From contig JAQBYT010000002.1 of NCBI GenBank assembly GCA_027622665.1, positions 256,001 to 320,000 of the forward strand: DNA of 64,000 nucleotides, given 5' to 3'. This document shows, piece after piece, positions 29,221 to 38,500 of this stretch; position 1 is the first letter of the stretch, and every line of letters begins with the position of its first letter. This DNA comes from Verrucomicrobiota bacterium. GTDB taxonomy: Bacteria > Verrucomicrobiota > Verrucomicrobiia > Opitutales > Seribacteraceae. A model generated the notes under the pieces. That model worked only from the letters and a program-made list of their open reading frames with translations. It was not told where the DNA came from and did no database searches. A program made the position numbers and the translations under genes.

Positions 29221-30132
29221 ATGTTGCTGAGAGCGAATGTAATGCTTTTGCTGACCGCCGTGATCTGGGGGTTCGGCTTCATTGCGCAGCATATGGCGAT
29301 GGATCACATGGGGCCTTATTTCTTCAATGCCCTGCGCTTTCTCCTTGGGACTGTCTCGCTTCTTCCCGTTTGTTGGTTTCTGCGCAAGAAAAGTACCCAT
29401 CCGGTAGCCACCGGAAAACAGTTTTGGATTCTTGGAGGGGTTGCCGGGTTCGCCTTGTTCTGCGGGGCCGCCCTCCAGCAGGTCGGGCTCCAGTATACCA
29501 CGGCGGGCAAAGCCGGGTTCATCACCGGGCTATATCTCGTCATCGTGCCGATCATCGGGTTTTACCTTAGGCAACGCATCGGATGGTTTACGGTGCTGGG
29601 TGCAATCCTGGCCACGGTAGGCCTGTACTTCCTCAGCGTGACGGAAGGGTTAGTCCTCGGTGAGGGCGACTCCTTAGTGCTCGTCGGGGCATTGTTTTGG
29701 GCGATTCACGTCCAGATCGTCGGGTATGCCTCCAAGAGGTTGGACCCCCTGAAGCTGGCCGTGGCTCAATACGCCATTTGCGCCGGGTTGAACTTTATTC
29801 TGGCCCTGTTTCTCGAGGACGTCTCCATGGCCCCGATGGTGGATGCCGTTGGCCCCATCCTTTATGCCGGACTGGTCTCAGTCGGAATAGCCTATACCTT
29901 GCAGATCGTGGCTCAACGTCACGTCGAACCCAGTCGGGCGGCGATTCTGTTGAGCTTGGAAGCGGTCTTTGCGGTGATGGCTGGCTGGTTGATGCTGAAC
30001 GAGATCTTGAGCAACCGCGAACTGTCCGGTTGCATTCTCATGTTTGTAGGGATGATGCTGTCTCAATTCTCTGGTCGGAAGAAGAGAAAAGAGGATTCTT
30101 CGAAATCCGTGGGTGATGGACCGACAGGTTAA
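29221..30132 (+). CDS. DMT/EamA family transporter
   Basis: IWGFGFIAQ, LQQVGLQYTTAGKAGFITGLY and LSLEAVFA; about 10 TM segments. Confidence 0.9.
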   Translation: MLLRANVMLLLTAVIWGFGFIAQHMAMDHMGPYFFNALRFLLGTVSLLPVCWFLRKKSTHPVATGKQFWILGGVAGFALFCGAALQQVGLQYTTAGKAGFITGLYLVIVPIIGFYLRQRIGWFTVLGAILATVGLYFLSVTEGLVLGEGDSLVLVGALFWAIHVQIVGYASKRLDPLKLAVAQYAICAGLNFILALFLEDVSMAPMVDAVGPILYAGLVSVGIAYTLQIVAQRHVEPSRAAILLSLEAVFAVMAGWLMLNEILSNRELSGCILMFVGMMLSQFSGRKKRKEDSSKSVGDGPTG

Positions 30133-30145
30133 ATGTCTTTGCCGT

Positions 30146-31021
30146 TTACTCGCCGAGTTCGGTTTGGAGTTTTTCACGGACAGTCGCCATTTTGTCGCGC
30201 TCGTTCTGGGGGAGTTCGGGATACTTGAGGTTCATTGCCTTTAACTGGCGGATTATAATGTCGGCTACAGTCATGCGCATGAACGGCTTGTCGTCGGCGG
30301 GAATGGCGTACCACGGAGCGTGTTCCCTCGAGGTGGCGTTCAAGGTTTCCTGGTACGCATTCATATAGCTCTCCCAATGATCGCGTTGAGCAACGTCATT
30401 GGCGGAGAACTTATAGTTCTTTGCAGGGGTGTCGAGTCGCCTCAGGAATCGACGAGCCTGTTCGTCAGGACTTACGTGAAGGAAGAATTTCACGATGTCG
30501 GTACCGTTGTGGGCAAGGTGTTTTTCCCAGTCGCAAATGGACGCAAAACGCTCGGTCCAGAGATCGCCCAGATCGTTGGGTACGTCTATGCGTTGGCTTC
30601 CGAGGTACTCGGGGTGTACTCGCAATACGAGCACTTCTTCATAATGGCTGCGGTTGAATATTCCGATACGTCCACGCTCAGGCAGGGCACGGTTCAGTCG
30701 CCACAGGAAGTCGTGATCAAGTTCTTCCTTGCTTGGCGCCTTGAAGGAAAACACTTGGAAACCAGCAGGGTTTACACCGGAAGTGGTGGCCCGAATTGTT
30801 CCATCCTTGCCCGCTGCGTCCATCGCTTGAAATACCAGCAGCAGTGATCGTCGGTCTTCCGCATAGAGAGCTTCCTGAAGTTCTCGCAAATCGCCGATCG
30901 ATTTTTTGAGGGCTTTTCTGCAGGACTTTCGATCAGGTGCACCCTCAGGGGGATTCATGGAAGCATCAGCGATGTCAAAGCTACCGTCGAACGGCACTAG
31001 GTAAGGGCTGTCAATTTTCAT
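30146..31021 (-). CDS. ppk2: Polyphosphate kinase 2 family (probably class III)
   Basis: FQAMDAAGKDG (Walker A), FKAPSKEELDHDFLWR, FNRSHYEEVL and APWYAIPADDK. Confidence 0.92.
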   Translation of the reverse strand: MKIDSPYLVPFDGSFDIADASMNPPEGAPDRKSCRKALKKSIGDLRELQEALYAEDRRSLLLVFQAMDAAGKDGTIRATTSGVNPAGFQVFSFKAPSKEELDHDFLWRLNRALPERGRIGIFNRSHYEEVLVLRVHPEYLGSQRIDVPNDLGDLWTERFASICDWEKHLAHNGTDIVKFFLHVSPDEQARRFLRRLDTPAKNYKFSANDVAQRDHWESYMNAYQETLNATSREHAPWYAIPADDKPFMRMTVADIIIRQLKAMNLKYPELPQNERDKMATVREKLQTELGE

Positions 31022-31075
31022 CGTTTGGATGAGTAGGGCGATCCCTTAGGGAAACGCTCAATCATTATGGATTAT

Positions 31076-31975
31076 TTATGATCTGGCAGCCTCAAGTGCC
31101 TTGAGGATTAGCTTCTTCGTCATCAGGGAGCCTTCAATCGGGTCGATTCCGCCCCCTTCGAATTCGATTGATATGACGCCTGAGAAATCGGAGTCATAGA
31201 CAATTTTGAGCATCTTAAAGTAGTCGGTGTGGGTCTCGTTTCCCTTTTCATCGAACTTGATGGCCTTGGCGCAGACCGCAGGGGCGAAGGGCAAGCTCTT
31301 GGACACCCCGTCGTAGCGGTCGTAGCGACCAAAGTTATTGAAGTCGGGAAGGATGCCGGCGTTGGAGCGGTCCAGAGCATCCATCGCCTTGAGGAGCCAG
31401 TCGGGGTTCTGGGAATGACCACCGTGCGGCTCGATCACCACCTTTACCTTGGTGCCTTTGGCGTAGTCGCAGAGTCGACCTACGCCGTCGGTCGCGTTTT
31501 TCAGGTTGGCCTCGGGGTTTCCGCCCGAGCGGCAATTTACGCGGATTGCATCGCAACTGAGTTGGGCGGCGCAATCGATCCAGCCTTTGTGTTCGTCGAC
31601 CGCCTTGTCACGTTGGTCCTTGTTGGTCGCGTCGAGCTGGTTCTTGGCATCGACTAGGATGAGGACGTTCTTCATGCCCTCGCCAGTGGTACGCTTAACC
31701 AATTCCCCGACGTATTTCTTGTCTGTGTGTTTGCCGCCGAAGGGTCGGTTCCAGTACTCGATGTGCGTGATGCCGAGTTTCTCTTTGCAGAGGGCCGGGT
31801 AGTCGAGGTGGTCTAGCTTGCGACCGATCCAGCGGTGGAAGGTGTACTCCTGAATCCCGATCTGGAATCGATTGGGGTCGTCCTTTGCGATGGCGAAGAG
31901 CGAGGGCGTTAAGGTTACCGCGGCGCCACCGAACGCGGCGTTGCGGAGGAAGGAGCGTCTGTGAATGTTTTGCAT
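31076..31975 (-). CDS. Tat-exported sugar phosphate isomerase/epimerase (xylose isomerase-like TIM barrel)
   Basis: HRRSFLR Tat motif, IEPHGG, LPDFNNF and ISIEFEG. Confidence 0.88.
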   Translation of the reverse strand: MQNIHRRSFLRNAAFGGAAVTLTPSLFAIAKDDPNRFQIGIQEYTFHRWIGRKLDHLDYPALCKEKLGITHIEYWNRPFGGKHTDKKYVGELVKRTTGEGMKNVLILVDAKNQLDATNKDQRDKAVDEHKGWIDCAAQLSCDAIRVNCRSGGNPEANLKNATDGVGRLCDYAKGTKVKVVIEPHGGHSQNPDWLLKAMDALDRSNAGILPDFNNFGRYDRYDGVSKSLPFAPAVCAKAIKFDEKGNETHTDYFKMLKIVYDSDFSGVISIEFEGGGIDPIEGSLMTKKLILKALEAARS

Positions 31976-32158
31976 GATAGGCAGTGTTGCCTCCCATCAC
32001 TGAAAAAGGAAGCCTGTTTTACAGTTGCGAAGCAATGTATTGAACTTTTCGATTAGCTTTGATGAAAGTTTTCTTTTTTTGATAAATTCAAAATGCCAAG
32101 TCCATTTGCGGGAATTCATTTCTTTGATTTTGACAAATTACGCTCGTAAAAAGCTTTT

Positions 32159-33883
32159 ATGAATCGCTCGTTCAAGGCTATTTGGTTCGGTGTACTTTGG
32201 GCTTTGGTTGTTCAATGCCAAGCCGCTGAGCACCCCAACGTCCTTTTTATCGCGATCGACGATCTCAATGACTGGGTCGGTTGCCTTGGTGGGCATCCCC
32301 GGGCCAAGACGCCGAATCTCGATCGTTTGGCCGCCTCCGGGGTTTTGTTTAACAACGCCCACTGTTCGGCGCCAGCTTGCAATCCATCGCGCACCGCGGT
32401 ATTTACCGGGATATCGCCGCATCGATCCGGACTCTACCGCAACGGGCAAAAGATGCGTGAAGCCCTGCCCGACGCCGAGTTGTTGCCTAAGACCTTTTCC
32501 AAGGCGGGGTACTGGTCGGGTGGTTCGGGCAAGATGCTGCACTACTTCATCGACGCTCGATCCTGGGACGAGTACTTCCCTGCCAAGGAAACCGAAAACC
32601 CGTTTCCGGATACTTTGGGCCCTCCTAAACGCCCCGTCAGCCTGCCGCGCGGCGGTCCATGGCAATACTATGAGACCGACTGGGGACCGCTCGATGCCAC
32701 CGACGAGGAATACGGCGGCGATTACTCGGTCGCCAAATGGGTTGGTGAGCGCTTGTCCAAGAAACAGGAGAAACCATTCTTTCTGGCCTGCGGCATTTAT
32801 CGTCCGCACGAGCCGTGGTTCGTGCCGAAAAAGTATTTCGACGCTTTTCCACTGGACAAGATCCAGTTGCCGCCAGGCTATCGAGCGGATGACCTCGAAG
32901 ATCTCCCGAAGGCAGGCAAGGACTTGGCCCGCAATCGATACTTTGCCCATATTCAAGCTCACAAGCAGTGGAAGCAAGGCATCCAAGGCTACCTCGCCTC
33001 GATCTACTTTGCCGACGCCATGCTGGGACGCGTCATCGACGCGCTGGAGAAAGGTCCGCACGCGGACAACACCATCGTGGCCTTGTGGTCTGATCATGGT
33101 TGGCACCTCGGGGAAAAGGAACACTGGCAAAAGTTCACCGCATGGCGGGCATGTTCCCGTGTGCCGTTCATTCTTCGCGTGCCCAAAGACGTTCCGGGTC
33201 TGCCCGCTGGGACTCGTCCCGGCACTTGCTCCAAGCCGGTCAACCTGCTCAGCCTCGCCCCGACCTTGCTCGAGCTGTGCGGTCTGCCGCCACGTGAAGT
33301 CCATGATGGACCAAGCCTTGTTCCCCTCCTTGCTAAACCCAAGGCCGAGTGGCCTCATGTTTCCATTACCCACCTCCATCACCCGGGCAGCTTCGGCCTC
33401 AGCGCCGAGCGCTGGCGATACGTTCATTACGTGGATGGTGGCGAGGAACTCTATGATACCAAGAACGATCCATTCGAATGGAACAACTTGGCGACTGAGT
33501 ATAAGCACCACGCAACTTTGGATCGTTTGCGCTCCCTCGCGCCGAAAACCTTCGCCGAGCCCGTCGAACCCAAGCTCGATTCCTTGCCGGCCCTGCAGTG
33601 GAAACCACTCGCCAAGGGAGCTAAGGCGCCACCTTCTAAACCGGACGGCGGATCTTTCGACGTCGCGTTCGTGAACCGCAGGAAGGGCAAGGTACAACTC
33701 TTGTGGATGGATCAAGCCGGCGGCACCAAGCCCTATGCGGTGATTGCTCCCGGTGGACTCTACCGCCAACGCACTCGCCCCGGAGCAGTCTGGATGATCG
33801 CCGATGCGGAGGGTGGGGCAGGGCGTCCGTTGGGATACTTCGAGGTCGGCGACCGGTCGGCCCGGGCCGTTGTTCAAGAATAG
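32159..33883 (+). CDS. Sulfatase (iduronate-2-sulfatase/choline-sulfatase-like) with C-terminal VHL-beta-like domain
   Basis: PNVLFIAIDDLNDW, CNPSR, GIYRPHEPW and [15 protein letters not shown]; tail FVNRRKGKVQLLWMDQAG...RQRTRPGAVWMIAD. Confidence 0.9.
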   Translation: MNRSFKAIWFGVLWALVVQCQAAEHPNVLFIAIDDLNDWVGCLGGHPRAKTPNLDRLAASGVLFNNAHCSAPACNPSRTAVFTGISPHRSGLYRNGQKMREALPDAELLPKTFSKAGYWSGGSGKMLHYFIDARSWDEYFPAKETENPFPDTLGPPKRPVSLPRGGPWQYYETDWGPLDATDEEYGGDYSVAKWVGERLSKKQEKPFFLACGIYRPHEPWFVPKKYFDAFPLDKIQLPPGYRADDLEDLPKAGKDLARNRYFAHIQAHKQWKQGIQGYLASIYFADAMLGRVIDALEKGPHADNTIVALWSDHGWHLGEKEHWQKFTAWRACSRVPFILRVPKDVPGLPAGTRPGTCSKPVNLLSLAPTLLELCGLPPREVHDGPSLVPLLAKPKAEWPHVSITHLHHPGSFGLSAERWRYVHYVDGGEELYDTKNDPFEWNNLATEYKHHATLDRLRSLAPKTFAEPVEPKLDSLPALQWKPLAKGAKAPPSKPDGGSFDVAFVNRRKGKVQLLWMDQAGGTKPYAVIAPGGLYRQRTRPGAVWMIADAEGGAGRPLGYFEVGDRSARAVVQE

Positions 33884-34016
33884 CTGATGGCGACTTTCTT
33901 TCGCTGACTTTTTTAGAGATGCTCACCCTTTGTTCTACTTGGTGGGTGAGTATGCCGGCTTCGTCAAAAGTGCTTACTTGTGCTTCAAGCTTACAATGGG
34001 TCAATTTGAACTGACC

Positions 34017-34124
34017 GTGAAAAAATCCTTTCTGCTTCCCATCTTGACTTTACAGGCGTGTTTGTTCCATGCCCCTGTCGTTTTGGCCGAGGCACTCCCA
34101 AAGCAGCCCGAAGCACGAGCTTGA
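34017..34124 (+). pseudogene. Possible orphan Sec signal peptide remnant
   Basis: GTG-KKSFLLPILTLQACLFHAPVVLAEALPKQPEARA-stop looks like a signal peptide plus a few mature residues. Confidence 0.35.
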
Positions 34125-34217
34125 GATCAAGCCCCCGGGCTTCATCAACGCGGACTAAACGTCACACAAGCTACCGGCACTTAGCGACGGTGGCCTCAGT
34201 GGCTTCCTAAAGTAGTC

Positions 34218-35186
34218 TTAGCGACGGTTTTCTCGTCCCTCATGAAGCCGACCGACAACCTCTCGCATTTCGTGCAGGGCGCGTCTCAATTCATCCACTT
34301 CACCGCGCAATTGATTCACTTCGTTGTTTCCGTGATCACGGTTGTTCTCCTGGTGGTCGCGGCGGTTGTGGTCGCCATGAGCGCGTCGCTCCACTTCCTC
34401 GGCAATGTCATGCATACCAGCTGCATGGAGATGTTCGATGGCTACCATTAAGTGCTTTAGCTTATCTTCCATGTGCCGATCGCCTTCGTGGTGTTCCCTG
34501 TCACGCTGCTCGCGCTCGTGTTCGTGATGGTAATGCTCTATTTTCTCCGCGAGTTCGTGTTCCAGACGTTGGGCTTCCTCCCGGCGGTTGTTCTCGCGCA
34601 AGTCATGGATGCGGCGTTTCTGTTCGTCTACCCATCCCTCGAACCTTTTGCCTTCTCCTTCATTGCGTTCGCGATGTTCCACTTGCACCCGATTGTGCCG
34701 TTCTCGCTCTTGGTTGCTGCGGTGGCTCAATTTTTCTTCCACGATGCGTCGCGTTTCCGCCTGCAGTTCCCTAGCTTCCTCGTGTTGGCCCGACTCAGCT
34801 AGTTCGTGAATTTTACGTTCCCTTTGTTTGGCCCAAAGCTGGAGTTCGTCTACTTCACCATGATCCCGTTCCCCTCGCTCGGCGTGCTGGTGCCCGCTAT
34901 GCTCGTTGGTTTCGGAGCGATGCCTCATTTTTTCTGCCATTACTTTACGTGTTTCACTAATCAGGTGGGCCGCTTCTTCGATACGCCCACGCTTTTTCAG
35001 TGACTCGATTTTGTGCTTTTGTTTTTCAAGCCATTCCCGTAGTTCGCCATCAACGTGCTCTCTCTTTTCACGATTTCCGTCTTCACGGTCGCCTTCTCTC
35101 TCGTCTTCTCTCTCGTCTTCCGCTAGAAGGAGAGTGGTGGTTATACCGGCAAGCAGAATACCGATGAATACGTATGCTTTTTTCAT
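34218..35186 (-). CDS. Secreted His/Glu/Arg-rich alpha-helical repeat protein of unknown function
   Basis: Signal peptide; three repeats of W..Q..KI..L...G..EEA..L..E plus an IEHLHAAGMHDIAE unit and a C-terminal coiled coil; no Pro or Cys. Confidence 0.8.
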   Translation of the reverse strand: MKKAYVFIGILLAGITTTLLLAEDEREDEREGDREDGNREKREHVDGELREWLEKQKHKIESLKKRGRIEEAAHLISETRKVMAEKMRHRSETNEHSGHQHAERGERDHGEVDELQLWAKQRERKIHELAESGQHEEARELQAETRRIVEEKLSHRSNQERERHNRVQVEHRERNEGEGKRFEGWVDEQKRRIHDLRENNRREEAQRLEHELAEKIEHYHHEHEREQRDREHHEGDRHMEDKLKHLMVAIEHLHAAGMHDIAEEVERRAHGDHNRRDHQENNRDHGNNEVNQLRGEVDELRRALHEMREVVGRLHEGRENRR

Positions 35187-35399
35187 GATGATTAGGGTTT
35201 AATGGGAGTGACGGAATATAGAAGAACCACCTGTCGGTCGGGTGCTTACTTAAGGATATGTAGATAAATTCATGATCATCGCAAGACGAATGGGGATGAT
35301 CTGTTACAACTATAATATGAATACGGGATTGGCTTGGGATGAAAACTGATCTTGCTTGTTAATCTATCTCTTTTCCCCAAACATAAACTAATCTTATCC

Positions 35400-36560
35400 A
35401 TGTTTTATAACAAATTCCTGATTGTTTTTTGGTGTCTTTATGTACCGTCTGCTTTTCTTTTAGCTAAGTCGGCCAAAACGACAACCAGTCTACTGGTTGA
35501 GGGCGTTGTTGATTCATTCCTGGGAGAACCCAGGCTGGATCTTACGAAGGTTCACAAAGGCGGGCGCTTCCCCAATGTCGCGATTGCGATGGACGGTACG
35601 GTTCTTGCCGTGTGGAACGGAGTCGTCGTGAAGCGAAGTGAAGACGGAGGCGACACTTGGGGACCTGTGATCTCCGTCGGCAAAGGATTCATGGGCGGAG
35701 GTGTCACGGTGAACGAACGCAACGGCGAGATCTTTGCCTTCGTGGAGAAGCATCCCCCCCCCGCCGATTTGACCGTCTACAAGAGCAAGGACCACGGCAA
35801 GAGTTGGAAACCGTTGGAGGTGGAGATCAAACCAGACAGCAAAGGGAACGCCCCGTCCATGCACATGAACGACCACGGCATCACCTTGCGTCACGGCAAG
35901 CATGCGGGCCGCCTTATCCGGGCCTCTCGCTTTTATGCGGGCAAGAATCATAGCAGCAAGTGGCCCCAGCACTACACCAATGCCATTTACAGCGACGACG
36001 GTGGCAAAACTTGGAACACCAGCACGCCTTTTCCTGCCAATGGAACGGGCGAGGCGACCTTGGCTGAACTTTCTGATGGTCGCGTTTACTATAACACACG
36101 ACGGCATTGGGCGGAGGAGGGAGCCAATCCTCGACGTCGCTGGCACGCATGGAGCGAGGACGGTGGTGTCAATTGGAAGGACTTTTCCATTTGTGAAATC
36201 CTTCCTGACGGGCCACAGAGCACGAACTATGGTTGCATGGGTGGGCTTACGCGCCTCGCGGTCAAGGGAAGAGACATTATGATTTACTGCAATTGCGACA
36301 GTGCGGGTGGTCGTGACTATGGAACGGCTTGGGCCAGTTTCGATGGTGGCAAGACCTGGCCCGTTAAGCGTCTGGTGGAAGCAGGACGTTTCGCTTACTC
36401 ATCCATCACCTCGGGCCGTCCCGGGACGAAGTCCGAAGGACAAATCTATCTCCACTTCGAAAGTTCGGGAGGCTCGACTGTGGCCCGTTTCAACCTTAGC
36501 TGGTTACTCAAGGGCAAAGATACCGGGGACGGCAAACTTCCGGACTGGGTGTCCAAGTAA
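35400..36560 (+). CDS. Sialidase-like (GH33/BNR) beta-propeller
   Basis: GRFP (RIP-like) motif; five Asp-boxes SEDGGDTW, SKDHGKSW, SDDGGKTW, SEDGGVNW and SFDGGKTW; FAYSS and LHFE. Confidence 0.88.
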   Translation: MFYNKFLIVFWCLYVPSAFLLAKSAKTTTSLLVEGVVDSFLGEPRLDLTKVHKGGRFPNVAIAMDGTVLAVWNGVVVKRSEDGGDTWGPVISVGKGFMGGGVTVNERNGEIFAFVEKHPPPADLTVYKSKDHGKSWKPLEVEIKPDSKGNAPSMHMNDHGITLRHGKHAGRLIRASRFYAGKNHSSKWPQHYTNAIYSDDGGKTWNTSTPFPANGTGEATLAELSDGRVYYNTRRHWAEEGANPRRRWHAWSEDGGVNWKDFSICEILPDGPQSTNYGCMGGLTRLAVKGRDIMIYCNCDSAGGRDYGTAWASFDGGKTWPVKRLVEAGRFAYSSITSGRPGTKSEGQIYLHFESSGGSTVARFNLSWLLKGKDTGDGKLPDWVSK

Positions 36561-36584
36561 TTCTTCCTCCGGTAGGGTGATGAA

Positions 36585-37724
36585 ATGAAGCGTTCTTCTC
36601 ATATGCGCCGGCTGTGGATTCTTTTCTTATGGATATTGTCCATTTCCGATTCCTTGGGAGCAGGCAAGGGTCGCTGGCTTGAGCGGACCGGTTACGGGCT
36701 CATGTTCCATTACGAGGCTTTCCGGAATCACACTCCTCAGTCCTACAACAAGGCGGTCGATTCCTTCAATGTCGTAAGGTTCGCCGACTCGGTTAAAAGT
36801 AGCGGTGCCGGCCACGTTATCTTTGTCGTTGGGCAACACTGGGGAAAATACTGCGCTCCAAACAGTGCATATGAAAAACTGCTGGGGGTTCCAAATGGTG
36901 TGTGGACCTCTAGACGGGATCTTATCATGGAGATCGGCAAGGAGCTTGTGAAGCGTGACGTCCGACTGATCCTCTACATGACCGCTCGCGCACCGATGCG
37001 CCATTACAAGGTGATCAAGTCCATGGGCGATACTTTGCCTAGCATAAACGGCAAGTCCGTCGGGCCGGAAGTGGATCCGATGTCGCATCCTCGTAAGGTA
37101 AAGGGCTTTAGCCGCAGTGAGAATCAAGCTCCCAATTCAACTTTCCTAAAGAACTGGGGCGATGTCTGTGGAGAATGGTCGAAACGCTATGGCAAGCTCG
37201 TTTCCGGTTGGTGGTTCGACGGTTACAAGATGGAAATGAAGGACGCCTACGAGTCCTTGAAGAAAGAATCCTACAATATTGACACTTGGGTAACTGCCGT
37301 TCTTTCAGGCAATCCGGAAGCCGAACTGGCATTTAATGCCGGAGCTCACCCGATCCTTTCTCTCTGTACAAAGGGAAAGTTGTGCCCCCACCAGACCTTT
37401 ACCTCGGGTGAAAATCATGATTTTCATCAGAAGACGAAGAAAGGTAAGGGCAAGGCCCTGACCCCGAAAAACTTTCCCGCTCCGAAAGGGGTTGTCTGGC
37501 ATCTTTTGTTGCCTTTGGCTAAAGGCTGGGGCGCCGGAACCGAGTCAAGATTCCCCATAAGCACCTTAAGGGATCGTGTTGATCTGATTAACTCGGAAGG
37601 CGGAACCGTTACCTTGGATTTGCCAATTGCTTCCAATGGAGCGATTCCCGCCGCTATCCTCCGCACCCTTGGGGAACTGGGGAAGGAAAGCCATAAGCTC
37701 AAGGATGGTGTCAGATCGTATTGA
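36585..37724 (+). CDS. Alpha-L-fucosidase-like (GH29-related) TIM-barrel protein
   Basis: YGLMFHY, GAGHVIF, RDLIMEI and SKRYGKLVSGWWFDG (nucleophile-like motif). Start may be ATG 36603. Confidence 0.65.
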   Translation: MKRSSHMRRLWILFLWILSISDSLGAGKGRWLERTGYGLMFHYEAFRNHTPQSYNKAVDSFNVVRFADSVKSSGAGHVIFVVGQHWGKYCAPNSAYEKLLGVPNGVWTSRRDLIMEIGKELVKRDVRLILYMTARAPMRHYKVIKSMGDTLPSINGKSVGPEVDPMSHPRKVKGFSRSENQAPNSTFLKNWGDVCGEWSKRYGKLVSGWWFDGYKMEMKDAYESLKKESYNIDTWVTAVLSGNPEAELAFNAGAHPILSLCTKGKLCPHQTFTSGENHDFHQKTKKGKGKALTPKNFPAPKGVVWHLLLPLAKGWGAGTESRFPISTLRDRVDLINSEGGTVTLDLPIASNGAIPAAILRTLGELGKESHKLKDGVRSY

Positions 37725-37773
37725 CGTCTTTTAGTTAGACCTTTGAAATTGATAATAATTTAATACTTGATAA

Positions 37774-38484
37774 ATGAAGATTCTGATTACCGGAGCGAGT
37801 AAAGGCATCGGTCTTGCCACTTCGAAAATGCTTGCCGAACAAGGTCACTTTGTAGTCGGTCTTGCTCGTACTCAACCTGACGATTTCCCCGGATCGTTTC
37901 ATTCCGTCGACTTATCGGATGAATCTGTTCGAAAAGAGCTTTTTGATGAGCTTGCCGCTGAACATAAGTTCGATGGTCTGTTGAATAACGTAGGGCTTGT
38001 GAATCCCGCTCCTCTGGAGGAAATCACTCTCGATGATTTCGATGGCTGCGTGGACGTCAACCTGCGCTGCTCCCTACAAGCCGCTCAAGCCGTCGTCCCT
38101 CACATGAAGGAACGTGGCAGCGGGCGTATCCTCTTCACCTCCAGCATGGTCGTGGCCGGCGTGCCTTTTCGTAGTAGCTACGCCGCCGCCAAGGCTGGCA
38201 TGGTGAGCTTTACCCGAAGCTGGGCCCTCGAGCTGGCCCCTTTCGGCATAACGGTCAATGCGGTCGCACCGGGTCCCGTCGAGACCGAGCTTTTCAATAC
38301 CAACAATCCTCCGGGCAGCGAGAGCCGGGCCCGCTACATTGAAGGCGTGCCCATGAAACGGGTCGGTTCGGCGGAAGAACTGGCGGCCGCCAACTGCTAC
38401 TTCCTTGTCGGACAGTCCGGGTTCACCACTGGGCAGACCCTGTTCGTCGACGGTGGGTACATGACGGGGAAGTCCTCGCTTTAA
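37774..38484 (+). CDS. SDR family oxidoreductase
   Basis: TGASKGIG, NNVG, YAAAK and NAVAPGPVET. Confidence 0.92.
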   Translation: MKILITGASKGIGLATSKMLAEQGHFVVGLARTQPDDFPGSFHSVDLSDESVRKELFDELAAEHKFDGLLNNVGLVNPAPLEEITLDDFDGCVDVNLRCSLQAAQAVVPHMKERGSGRILFTSSMVVAGVPFRSSYAAAKAGMVSFTRSWALELAPFGITVNAVAPGPVETELFNTNNPPGSESRARYIEGVPMKRVGSAEELAAANCYFLVGQSGFTTGQTLFVDGGYMTGKSSL

Positions 38485-38500
38485 CCTCAACTTCATCCTC

